Assembly: GCF_000092105.1 (NCBI RefSeq)
Contig: NC_014148.1
Coordinates: 3,990,001-4,022,000, forward strand
Source: Planctopirus limnophila DSM 3776
GTDB taxonomy: Bacteria > Planctomycetota > Planctomycetia > Planctomycetales > Planctomycetaceae
Length of the DNA stretch: 32,000 bases
Reading direction: 5' to 3'
A program made the position numbers and the translations under genes. This document shows positions 15,377 to 23,755 of the stretch, piece by piece. How positions within the stretch are numbered: the stretch's first letter is position 1; every line of letters begins with the position of its first letter. The notes under the pieces were generated by a model. The model searched no databases, had not been told where the DNA came from, and saw only the letters and a list, made by a program, of their open reading frames with translations.

Positions 15377-16696
15377 ATGGCATCTCTCGAAACGGATAAG
15401 TCTGGCAATAAAACAATTCGGGTTCTCTGTGCCGATGGCAAGCGAAGACGGATCCCGCTTGGCAGGGTTGCACTCAAGTTTGCTCGAACCATCCGAACTC
15501 ATATCAACGAACTTGAAAGCCATCGGGCGGGGGCTGTGGCTTTACCGGTTGAATTGGCTCGATGGACGGCTGAAATCAGCGACGATCTCCACGCTCAGAT
15601 CGTGGAAACAGGATTACTCCAGCCACGGGCGAAAACGGCCACGGTCCATCTGGGGGCGGCCTGCGATGCCTTCCTGGCCAAGCGAGGAGACATCAAGGGC
15701 GGGTCGCGGCAGCAGATCGAATACGCGCTGAAGGACCTACGGACGTACTTCGGCGATGACCGGAGTTTCGATTCGATTACCCCTGGCTGTGCGGATGATT
15801 TCGCTCGCTACTTGAAGTCCAAAGAGCAACTCGCCACGGCCACAATTTCCCGGCGGCTGGTGACGTGCCGGAGTCTTTTTGCCGATGCGGTCAAGCGGAA
15901 GTGCATCTCAGAGAATCCGTTCGCGGACATCAAGGGTGGTTCACAAGCCAATTCATCCCGCCAGCGGTTCATCGACCGACAGACAATCGGACGGATCATG
16001 GAAGCCTGCCCGGATGCCGAATGGCGACTGCTGGTCGCACTGGCGCGATTCGGTGGTGTTCGTGTCCCGTCTGAAGCCGTCGACATGCGATGGAGCGATA
16101 TCGACTGGGCTAGAAACCGGGTCCGAATCGCTTCGCCGAAAACAGAACACCATGTCGGCCACGAGTCCCGAGAGATTCCTTTGTTCCCTGAATTGCTGAC
16201 GCCCTTGATGGAGCGGCAGGAACTGGCGGAAGATGGGAGTGAATTCATATTCGACCGGTTGCGGCGAGATGCGGCCAAATCAGACACTGGCTGGAAGGCG
16301 GTGAACCTGCGGACGCAATTCACTCGCATCATCAAACGGGCTGGGTTGACACCGTGGCCACGGCTCTGGGTGAATCTTCGATCATCGTGTTCGACAGAAC
16401 TTGCCGAACGATTCCCCGGCCATGTGGTCTCCCGATGGTTAGGGCATTCAAACGAAGTTGCGGTGGAACATTATCGGCAGGTGACGGAGGAGCATTTTCG
16501 CTTGGCGGCGGAGACGACCTCAAAAGCGATGGAAAACATCCGGGCACAATCCGGGCAATCACTGGCCATCATAGGCAATCTGGGGTCCTCGACAGCTTGG
16601 ACCAGAAACGAAGAAACCCCTGAAAAACAGGGGTTTTGCGGACTAGTGACAGTTGGTGAAGAGTCAAATGATTACCCCGCCAGGATTCGAACCTGA
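15377..16696 (+). CDS. int: Tyrosine recombinase / phage-type integrase
   Basis: 439 aa. Catalytic signature: FGGVRVPSE (Arg I), VNLRSSCSTEL (the HxxR box, with N in place of the first H) and WLGHSNEVAVEHY (His and the Tyr nucleophile). AGGGG lies 8 nt upstream of the ATG. The last 25 nt overlap the tRNA-Gln 3' half. Confidence 0.9.
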   Translation: MASLETDKSGNKTIRVLCADGKRRRIPLGRVALKFARTIRTHINELESHRAGAVALPVELARWTAEISDDLHAQIVETGLLQPRAKTATVHLGAACDAFLAKRGDIKGGSRQQIEYALKDLRTYFGDDRSFDSITPGCADDFARYLKSKEQLATATISRRLVTCRSLFADAVKRKCISENPFADIKGGSQANSSRQRFIDRQTIGRIMEACPDAEWRLLVALARFGGVRVPSEAVDMRWSDIDWARNRVRIASPKTEHHVGHESREIPLFPELLTPLMERQELAEDGSEFIFDRLRRDAAKSDTGWKAVNLRTQFTRIIKRAGLTPWPRLWVNLRSSCSTELAERFPGHVVSRWLGHSNEVAVEHYRQVTEEHFRLAAETTSKAMENIRAQSGQSLAIIGNLGSSTAWTRNEETPEKQGFCGLVTVGEESNDYPARIRT

Positions 16697-16742
16697 ACGT
16701 GCAGGACCAAAACCTGCTGTGCTACCGTTACACTACGGGGTA
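16672..16742 (-). tRNA. tRNA-Gln (anticodon UUG), 71 nt, CCA not encoded
   Basis: Hand-folded from the reverse complement: TACCCCG TA GTGT AACGGTA GCAC A GCAGG TTTTGGT CCTGC ACGT TCAGG TTCGAAT CCTGG CGGGGTA A. It has the U1:A72 pair known from E. coli tRNA-Gln. Confidence 0.9.
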
Positions 16743-16905
16743 CCTGAAGTGAGGAATCACCTCTGAAATGAGTGTAGTGCCCTCTGGCGAGAGCGGCAAG
16801 CCATCAATCCTCGACTGCAGGGAGCGATCAAGTTTTTGCCGCAACCCCAATCCTTGTGAGGATTTTTGCGCTGGTGTTCATGCTGGCATCAATGAGAAAT
16901 CACTT

Positions 16906-16945
16906 AAAAAAACGGGAGCGACAGGCTATCCACCCATCGCTCCCG
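16906..16945 (-). terminator. Rho-independent terminator of the 16975..17634 gene
   Basis: The minus strand reads CGGGAGCGA-(15-nt loop)-TCGCTCCCG followed by TTTTTTT (+ strand A-run 16906-16912). It lies 30 nt past the stop codon. Confidence 0.6.
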
Positions 16946-16974
16946 GAATATTCATTCTCTGAGAACCACTTGGA

Positions 16975-17634
16975 TTATGGTGTCTTGGGAATCTGATTCA
17001 GCTGATTCAGAATCTGGTTGTTCTGGTTCTTGATATCGTCATTCTGGCTGACGGCCACAGCTCCCAGCACCACACCGGCAATCACACCCGAGGTGAGCAG
17101 TACCATGCCGGGAGTGACGCCACCAAACTGTCCACGCACTGCTGGCGACTGGGCCACCATGGTGAAGCCGGTTTTCGCTGCGGGGGGTGCCGTTCGCTCA
17201 GTCCAGGCACGCACGGTCCGAGTTTCATTCCCGGCAGCAATCCGGTAAGTACCACCTTTCAACCCTTTGACGGCAAACTGTCCCTGGGCATCAGTGTTGG
17301 TCTGAGCAATCGAATTGTTTCCAGCCTGAATATCCACGACGGCCCCAGCAAGAGGTTGTCCCTGGGTATCCACCAGACGACCTTGGAGTTCACTGCCGAC
17401 GAGCGTTACATCCACAACGGGAGCAACTTCCTTGGCAGGAGCCTGAATAGCACGAGCCTGAGCAGCAGGTGCAGGTGCCGCTGCGGGGAGGGAATTTTCC
17501 AGAGCCGGTGCTGCGGGTGCTGAGAAACCTGCACTGGGTGCCTGATTGCCAGCCAGTGCCAGGCTGTGTGGGCAGAGAATTCCGCCAGCAACCAATGCCA
17601 CCAGAGCAGCTCGGTAAAATTTCGTGGTTCGCAT
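16975..17634 (-). CDS. Secreted, membrane-anchored protein with a carboxypeptidase-regulatory-like (CarboxypepD_reg) domain
   Basis: Signal peptide: MRTTKFYRAALVALVAGGILCPHSLALAG. Beta-sandwich motif: GRLVDTQGQPLAGAVVDIQAGNNSIAQTNTDAQGQFAVKGLKGGTYRI. C-terminal hydrophobic helix: VLLTSGVIAGVVLGAVAV. Confidence 0.7.
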   Translation of the reverse strand: MRTTKFYRAALVALVAGGILCPHSLALAGNQAPSAGFSAPAAPALENSLPAAAPAPAAQARAIQAPAKEVAPVVDVTLVGSELQGRLVDTQGQPLAGAVVDIQAGNNSIAQTNTDAQGQFAVKGLKGGTYRIAAGNETRTVRAWTERTAPPAAKTGFTMVAQSPAVRGQFGGVTPGMVLLTSGVIAGVVLGAVAVSQNDDIKNQNNQILNQLNQIPKTP

Positions 17635-18268
17635 GACATCGATCCTTTGAGAACAAAACGGGCAAAAAGAGCGATCTCAGAGAAATTTCAGAGTCGAAAC
17701 TTCAGCACCACGGAATGGACAGACCACCCTGAACGGGTAGCTTTCGCAGGCCAGAATCCTTGGTTTGAAATCGCCAGGGGGGGTAACAAAATGTGAGATC
17801 AGGGACATCGCAGCGTTCATACCGAATGAGTCAGACTCACTCAGAAGCACACGGATTCACAGTGAAACAGGGAGAACTATTGGAAGGGTATTGAATCGAG
17901 GTATCTTGGGAATCTTGCCGTGCACTCTGGGACAAATCGCTTGGGGCAGAACTATCGAGTAGTGACTCTCACAGAATGCCCTTGGAGCAGACTGTGCCGA
18001 AACAACACGGACAGAATTCACTCAAGAGCACGGAATCTGCTGCAAGATGGTTTTTTCGTCAACCACAATTTCCTGAAAAATTCGAACCCGCGCGGTTTCT
18101 CTCAAGTCTTTCTCACTCGGCTGAGTGAATCGCTGAAATCCGATCTCGACAGAACTGGGCTCGATTCGGTACACCACGCGATGACCGCCTGCAATTCCCG
18201 CCTCCTGGCAATCGCCTGCTCCTCTCTATTTCCAACGTGCCCTTCCTTCCTACAGCACGATTTTTCCT

Positions 18269-19918
18269 ATGAATTTCCTTCAATCACTGCAGCAGCAGTT
18301 CAGTTCACTGTGGAGTTCGATGAACTCGGCACAGCGAATTTCGCTCATCGTTGCGCCCCTGATTCTGCTGGCCGGTTTTGGTTTTCTTTACTGGTCGAAC
18401 AACACGTCTGGGATGGTCGCACTCTCGTGGGGCAAAGTCTTTACCACCGAAGAACTGATTGCCGCCGAACATGCTCTGATGGAAGCTGGCCTCACAGATT
18501 TTCAGAGACAGGGCCGCATGCTGCTGGTTCCAGCGGCTGAAAAAGACCGCTACAACGCGGCGTTGCTCGAATTCGATGCCATGCCCGAAGATCTCGGGTC
18601 TCAGCTACTCAAGCATTATGAATCGCTGAGCCCGTTCATCACGGAAAAGCAGCGTCATGAAATGCGCGAAGCGATGCTGCTGAAAGAAGTCGCTCAGACG
18701 CTCAAGGCGATTCCCAATGTAGAAGATGCCCGCGTCGTGATTGCCAATCCCAATCGAAGAAACTCATGGAGCCAGAAGGGAACTGTCACCGCCAACGTGA
18801 CGATCACTCCCAAAAAAGGACGCGAGCTTTCGACCCGGCTGGTGGCTTCAATCCGGGCAGCGGTCGCCAGCATGGTTCCAGATCTGAAGACCTCCGATGT
18901 GACGGTGTTCGATCCCGTGAATGAAGTGACATATGCCGGTGATGCAGCGGACGATCCTCTCAGCAGCCAACTGGTTCAGAGAATTCGCGAACTGACGAAA
19001 CAGTACGAATCGCAGATCTCGAAAAGCCTGTCTTACATTCCAGGTGTGAATGTGACTGTGCATGTTGATATCGAGAACCTGAAATCATCGGTCATTCGGA
19101 CTCAGCAGATCGATCCCAAGAAATCGGCTCCTGTGATTTCCAATGAGTTCACTGTCAACGATACACAAACCCAGAGGGCACCGCGTGGTGAACCCGGGCA
19201 GGTGGCCAATCGTCCTGCCAGTGTGGGTGGCAGTGCCGGCAGTGACCGCAATCGCCAGATGACAGAATCCGATAACCGGGTTGTGAATGGTGTGAGTTTT
19301 GAGATCAGCGAAAAGCAGCTTCTGGCGGCCATGCCCAAAGCCGTGCAGGTGAGCATCAGTGTGCCGCGAGATTACTACCGCGGGATTGCTGCCCAGCGTA
19401 CTGCCGCCGGTGAGAAGGATCCGGCACTGACGGAGATCCCGGCCATTGAAAAAGAAGTGCTCGCCTCAGTCTCAAAAAGCGTCAACCGCCTGATCCCGGC
19501 GGATTCTCCCGATGATGCCATTGTTGTCAGTACCGTTGATACACTCGCAAAGGAACTTCCGACAGTCACCATCCCGTGGACTGAAACCGCGTGGCAATTC
19601 TTCCGTGAATATGGCAGCACGATGGCTCTGGGAGCTTTTGCGATCTATGTGGCCATGATGCTGCGGAAATCGATGGGAAGCCTGGCTCAGGCCAATGCCT
19701 CGCCCGGTGATAGCCGTACCGATAATGCAAATGGCATGAATCCTTTGAATCCCTCAGGTGGCCCGGAAGCTGCCATGGCGATGAATGCACTTCAGGGTGC
19801 CAGTGCCGCTTTACCCCCCAAACCTGCCACGCGGCGTGATCAGTTACAGGCGATTGTTCGCGATAATCCGGAAGCAACGGCAGCCCTTTTAGGAAAATGG
19901 ATTCAGGCTGCTAAATAG
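18269..19918 (+). CDS. fliF: Flagellar M-ring protein FliF
   Basis: 549 aa. The N-terminus (LWSSMNSAQRISLIVAPLILLAGFGFLYW) has the first TM helix, and a second TM lies near the C-terminus (ALGAFAIYVAMML). It sits directly upstream of fliG. Confidence 0.9.
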   Translation: MNFLQSLQQQFSSLWSSMNSAQRISLIVAPLILLAGFGFLYWSNNTSGMVALSWGKVFTTEELIAAEHALMEAGLTDFQRQGRMLLVPAAEKDRYNAALLEFDAMPEDLGSQLLKHYESLSPFITEKQRHEMREAMLLKEVAQTLKAIPNVEDARVVIANPNRRNSWSQKGTVTANVTITPKKGRELSTRLVASIRAAVASMVPDLKTSDVTVFDPVNEVTYAGDAADDPLSSQLVQRIRELTKQYESQISKSLSYIPGVNVTVHVDIENLKSSVIRTQQIDPKKSAPVISNEFTVNDTQTQRAPRGEPGQVANRPASVGGSAGSDRNRQMTESDNRVVNGVSFEISEKQLLAAMPKAVQVSISVPRDYYRGIAAQRTAAGEKDPALTEIPAIEKEVLASVSKSVNRLIPADSPDDAIVVSTVDTLAKELPTVTIPWTETAWQFFREYGSTMALGAFAIYVAMMLRKSMGSLAQANASPGDSRTDNANGMNPLNPSGGPEAAMAMNALQGASAALPPKPATRRDQLQAIVRDNPEATAALLGKWIQAAK

Positions 19919-19977
19919 CTATTTCGTGTTTCTGTTCGATTCAGCTCTCGTCATCCAGTTCACAAGGTCACCACATA

Positions 19978-20970
19978 ATGGACGCCATACGCAAAGCTGC
20001 CATTCTGCTGCTCAGCATGGAAAAGCCATTGGCTGCCGAGGTACTCGCCAGCATGACCCGTGAACAAGTCGAGCGTGTGACTCTGGAAATTGCGAAGGTT
20101 GATGATGTCACTCGCGAACAGCAGGAAAGTGTTTTTGATGAGTTCTTTCAGGGTGTCAATGAGCTCACACCAATTGAACGGGGTGGCTTAGGCGCTGCCA
20201 ACGAACTGCTCGAACAATCGCTGGGGAAAGAACATGCCGGGCAGATTCTCGAAAACGTCCGGCAATCGATGAACTCAGTTCCGTTCTCTTTTCTGCATAA
20301 AGTGGGTGCGGAGAACTTGCTGACGTTTATCTCGGAAGAGCATCCACAGACGATTGCACTGATCATGTCTCACCTGCCGGCGGCCCTGGCGGCAGAAGTT
20401 CTCAGTGGTTTGCCATCACTCCGGCAACTGGAAGTGATCCGTCGCATTGCGGGGATGGAGCAAACCAGTCCGGAAGTGATTGCCACGATCGAGAAGTCGT
20501 TGCAGAGCCGCATGACGAGCATGTTCAACCAGCAATTGGAAAATGCCGGGGGTGTGCCAATGGTGGCCCAGATCTTGAACGTGACTGACCGGATGACGAA
20601 CAAAGGGATTCTGGAAAGCCTCGATCAGGAAGACAGTGAACTGGCCGACGAAATCCGCCGACTGATGTTCGTCTTCGATGACCTGCTCAAGCTTGACAAC
20701 AAGTCGATTCAGGCACTGCTCAAAGAAGTGGATAACAGTCAGTGGGCTCTGGCACTCAAGGGAGCTTCCGAAGAAATCAAACAGAAGATCTTCGGTAACC
20801 TCTCTCAACGGGCGGCAGAAATGCTCAAGGAAGAAATTGAGTATCTGGGTGCTGTGCGACTTTCTGATGTGGAACAGATGCAGCAGCAGATTGTCGATGC
20901 TGTGCGGCGATTGGAAGACGCGGGTGAAATCGTAGTCGCAGCCGGCGGCGGAGAACAGTTTGTGAGTTAG
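19978..20970 (+). CDS. fliG: Flagellar motor switch protein FliG
   Basis: 330 aa. It starts IRKAAILLLSMEKPLAAEVL and contains the MFVFDDL motif. Confidence 0.95.
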   Translation: MDAIRKAAILLLSMEKPLAAEVLASMTREQVERVTLEIAKVDDVTREQQESVFDEFFQGVNELTPIERGGLGAANELLEQSLGKEHAGQILENVRQSMNSVPFSFLHKVGAENLLTFISEEHPQTIALIMSHLPAALAAEVLSGLPSLRQLEVIRRIAGMEQTSPEVIATIEKSLQSRMTSMFNQQLENAGGVPMVAQILNVTDRMTNKGILESLDQEDSELADEIRRLMFVFDDLLKLDNKSIQALLKEVDNSQWALALKGASEEIKQKIFGNLSQRAAEMLKEEIEYLGAVRLSDVEQMQQQIVDAVRRLEDAGEIVVAAGGGEQFVS

Positions 20971-20978
20971 TGACGTTT

Positions 20979-21034
20979 GGTATTGGGTGTTTGGTATTTG
21001 AATGTCTAACACCCAACACCAAACACCGAATACC
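20979..21034 (+). promoter_or_regulatory. Intercistronic stem-loop between fliG and fliH
   Basis: Left arm GGTATTGGGTGTTTGGT (20979-20995) pairs with ACCAAACACCGAATACC (21018-21034) at 16 of 17 positions, with a 22-nt loop. An inner alternative pairing is TTGGGTG/CACCCAA. Confidence 0.6.
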
Positions 21035-21046
21035 TAAGGCCCTTAC

Positions 21047-21814
21047 ATGTCCACCAGTTCCCGAGTTCTGAAAGCCGGCATGGCTCCTGGCAGCCAGGGC
21101 CCCGTCGTCTTCAATTACGACGACCTTCAGGCTCAAGGTGAGAGCTATCTGGCCCGTGTGCGGGAACAAGCGGCCAAGATGATTGATGACGCTCGGAAGC
21201 AGGCCGATGAGCTGGTGAAAAACGCTCACTCGAAGGCAGAACAAGCCGGGTATCAGGCTGGCCAGGCAATGGCGATGCGCGAGATGGATCAGCGCCTGCA
21301 GTCGAACGTCAACCATCAGGTCAACCAGCGAATTGGTCAATTGCTCCCTGCCCTGGAGCAGGTTTCTCGACAGATCGAACAATTGAAAGCCGACTGGATC
21401 GCCCGCTGGGAGACTTTGGCAGTTGAGCTTTCGCTCGCGATTGCTGAGCGGCTGATGGGGCAGAAAATTGCGGCCGACCCGGAAGCAGTGAAGCCCATGA
21501 TTCAGAGTGCGCTCGAACTGGCCTCGCGAGAAGAGATTGTCCTGGCAATTCATCCCACCGATTGGGAAGTCCTGGGGCATGATGAGGGGCTGCGTCTACT
21601 GGCTTCAATGGCGGGTTGCGGCGAAGTTTCGATTCAACACGATGCGTCGCTTTCACGCGGAAGCTGCGTCGTTACAACTCGCCATGGCGAAATCGATGCC
21701 CGTCTGGAAACGATGCTCGACCGCATGACGAGCGAACTTTTAGGTACAGCCCATCGACTGCTCCCACACCAGCAGGCCGCCAGCAGCACATCGAATTCGG
21801 GAACCTCGCCATGA
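21047..21814 (+). CDS. fliH: Flagellar assembly protein FliH (regulator of the export ATPase)
   Basis: 255 aa. Coiled-coil N-terminal half, and a C-terminal ...IHPTDWEVL...RGSCVVTTRHGEIDARLETMLDRM typical of FliH. Its stop overlaps the fliI ATG (ATGA at 21811-21814). Confidence 0.8.
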   Translation: MSTSSRVLKAGMAPGSQGPVVFNYDDLQAQGESYLARVREQAAKMIDDARKQADELVKNAHSKAEQAGYQAGQAMAMREMDQRLQSNVNHQVNQRIGQLLPALEQVSRQIEQLKADWIARWETLAVELSLAIAERLMGQKIAADPEAVKPMIQSALELASREEIVLAIHPTDWEVLGHDEGLRLLASMAGCGEVSIQHDASLSRGSCVVTTRHGEIDARLETMLDRMTSELLGTAHRLLPHQQAASSTSNSGTSP

Positions 21815-23142
21815 CCACACTTGTCGAACATGCCCGACAAGTTCTGCCTTTGGGCCTGACTGGTCGCATTGACCGGGTGGTGGGGCTCACAGCTGCCGTC
21901 GTCGGTTTTCCAGCTCCATTAGGATCACGCTGTGCGATTGATCGCGATCATGGCTTTCCCATTGAAGCCGATGTTGTGGGCTTTCGTGGCGATGAAACAT
22001 TACTCATGCCATTAGGCGAACTCACTGGCGTTCGCCGGGGTGCACGAGTGCGGCTCGTGGAATCTGTGCCCTGTGTGAATGTGGGTGCTGGGCTGCTGGG
22101 GCGCATTATTGGCAGCCGCGGAGAGTTCCTCGATGAAGGATCGAAGCCACTTCTGGCGCATCGAGCTGATCTGCATGGCAAACCACCGGGGCCACTGGAA
22201 AGACCACGCATTGCCAAGATCTGGCAGACGGGAGTCAGAGCGATTGATAGTCTGCTGACATTGGGCGAGGGCCAGCGGATGGGGATCTTTGCTGGCAGTG
22301 GTGTCGGCAAAAGTACGCTATTGGGGCAGATTGCCAGGCATAGTTCAGCGGATATCAACGTCGTCGCACTGATTGGTGAACGAGGCCGTGAAGTGCGTGA
22401 GTTTCTCGATCGCGACCTGGGACCGGAAGGACTGAAACGAAGTGTGGTGATTGTCGCCACAGGTGATGAACCGGCCATTTTGCGACTACGGGCCGCATGG
22501 ATGGCGACCGCGATTGCCGAACATTTCCGCGATCTGGGCCAGCATGTCGTGCTGATGATGGATAGCGTCACCCGTTTTGCGCTGGCTCAGCGAGAAATTG
22601 GCTTAGCGGCGGGCGAACCTCCCGCAACGCGTGGCTATCCACCCAGTGTGTTCGCTTTGTTGCCTCGCTTACTCGAACGCAGTGGCTGCTCGCCAGCAGG
22701 AAGTATTACCGGATTGTACACAGTGCTGGTCGATGGTGACGACACGAATGAGCCCATTTCGGATACTGTCCGCGGGATTCTTGACGGGCATATTGTGCTC
22801 TCGCGAAAGCTGGCTCAACAGGGGCAGTTCCCGGCGATTGATGTCCTGCAGAGTATTTCGCGATCGATGAACGACATTACGACGACCGAACATCGCCAGT
22901 GGGCCCTGACTGTTCGTCAGCTGCTGTCATCCTACCAGCAGAACGAAGATCTCATCTCAATTGGCGCCTATCAGAATGGCTCGAACGCTCTCATTGATTC
23001 GGCGATTCAAGCAAGGCCGCAAATTCTTGGATATCTGGGGCAGAAACCTCAGGAACAGACCACTTTCCTCGAAAGCCTATCGATGCTCGAACGACTGGCG
23101 CGATTAAAAGATCTCCTGGCCCGCAAACCGGCACCGACTTAA
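21811..23142 (+). CDS. fliI: Flagellum-specific ATPase FliI
   Basis: Walker A GSGVGKST, Walker B VVLMMDSVTRFA. I chose ATG 21811 (MTTLVEHARQVL...). The track start at 21616 would overlap fliH by about 200 nt and gives an arginine-rich peptide that does not look like FliI. Confidence 0.93.
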   Translation: MTTLVEHARQVLPLGLTGRIDRVVGLTAAVVGFPAPLGSRCAIDRDHGFPIEADVVGFRGDETLLMPLGELTGVRRGARVRLVESVPCVNVGAGLLGRIIGSRGEFLDEGSKPLLAHRADLHGKPPGPLERPRIAKIWQTGVRAIDSLLTLGEGQRMGIFAGSGVGKSTLLGQIARHSSADINVVALIGERGREVREFLDRDLGPEGLKRSVVIVATGDEPAILRLRAAWMATAIAEHFRDLGQHVVLMMDSVTRFALAQREIGLAAGEPPATRGYPPSVFALLPRLLERSGCSPAGSITGLYTVLVDGDDTNEPISDTVRGILDGHIVLSRKLAQQGQFPAIDVLQSISRSMNDITTTEHRQWALTVRQLLSSYQQNEDLISIGAYQNGSNALIDSAIQARPQILGYLGQKPQEQTTFLESLSMLERLARLKDLLARKPAPT

Positions 23143-23311
23143 TCACGTAGGGTGCATGCTAATGCACCAATTGTTGACTCATTTTTTGATCGATATTCCT
23201 CTAAAGAATTTTGCAGATTTAAGACTGGTACATTCCGTAAGAACTTCATGCACCCTGCCGAATTCATGCATCCTCCGTAAGGCCTGCTCATAACCTTTCT
23301 GGCAAGACAAA

Positions 23312-23755
23312 ATGGCCGCTTCCCGATTTTCACTGCAAAGTGTGTTGCTGCTGCGGGAGCGCGAGCGAGACCAGGCCAGGCAGCAGATGGCTCAGGCAAT
23401 TCAGGTGATCGAGCAAATCGAGCAGGAATTACAGACTTCTATTGATATCCACTCGCTATACTCACAAGAGTTGAATGATTTATTAAGGCACAACCCGATC
23501 TCTATTGAAGCGGTCAATCTCCGTCGTTATCACCTCACGCGTACGGAAATCGAAATTCAGGTCATTAAATCGCGTCTCGCTGCAGGGCGTGAAATTCTGG
23601 AAAAGTGTCGAAAACTGCTGGTTCTTGCCGATCAAAAGGTCAAAGCCATCGAGCAGATTCGTGATCGACGAGAGCAGGAAGCTCTTGAGGAGGCGATCAA
23701 AAAAGAGACCTTTGAACAGCAGGAAGCCTGGCAGGCGGGACAGTTCTCACCATGA
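23312..23755 (+). CDS. fliJ: Flagellar export chaperone FliJ
   Basis: 147-aa coiled-coil protein (FSLQSVLLLRERERDQARQQMAQA...) located immediately after fliI. Confidence 0.75.
   Translation: MAASRFSLQSVLLLRERERDQARQQMAQAIQVIEQIEQELQTSIDIHSLYSQELNDLLRHNPISIEAVNLRRYHLTRTEIEIQVIKSRLAAGREILEKCRKLLVLADQKVKAIEQIRDRREQEALEEAIKKETFEQQEAWQAGQFSP

Larger units (their letters stand above)
7105..16742. mobile_element. tRNA-Gln-associated integrative element (right end in the tRNA 3' half, left end not identified in the window)
   Basis: The integrase abuts and overlaps the tRNA 3' end. The element also has a Xis-like HTH gene and its own replication genes (primase-PolA, DUF927 NTPase). I found no copy of the tRNA 3' segment elsewhere in the window. 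The element may therefore extend leftwards over the IS relic and the BREX genes. Confidence 0.6.

Noticed and set aside
17709-18036. Recurring CACGGAWT words in the 634-bp region upstream of fliF (17709, 17850, 18006, 18029)
   Set aside because: Only two copies are identical 8-mers. The spacing is irregular. Such recurrence in about 630 bp on two strands is not clearly above chance. It is worth revisiting only if the word recurs at other flagellar promoters.
18078-18095. 'attcgaaccc' resembling a tRNA T-loop, considered as a possible tRNA fragment or att copy
   Set aside because: The flanks do not fold into a T-arm or acceptor stem. Only 9 nt are shared with tRNA-Gln and tRNA-Val. It also lies on the wrong side of tRNA-Gln to be the distal att of the element.
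18206-18220. Sigma-54-like TGGCAA-N-TGC element about 50 nt upstream of fliF
   Set aside because: The GG-to-GC spacing is 11 nt, not the strictly conserved 12. The -12 element is TGCT rather than TTGC.
17920-18540. 206-aa + strand ORF upstream of and overlapping fliF
   Set aside because: It overlaps the well-supported fliF start by about 270 nt in another frame. It has a non-ATG start, no recognisable motif and Cys/Arg/Ser-rich composition.
20416-21580. Minus-strand ORFs 20416..21012 (198 aa) and 20825..21580 (251 aa)
   Set aside because: They are antisense to the well-supported fliG and fliH genes, with low-complexity composition rich in H, L, F and Q. I treat them as shadow ORFs.
21616-21810. 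N-terminal extension of the fliI ORF in the track (start at 21616)
   Set aside because: It overlaps fliH by about 200 nt. It encodes an Arg-rich sequence that does not look like FliI. ATG 21811 gives the normal FliI N-terminus and a typical ATGA coupling with fliH.
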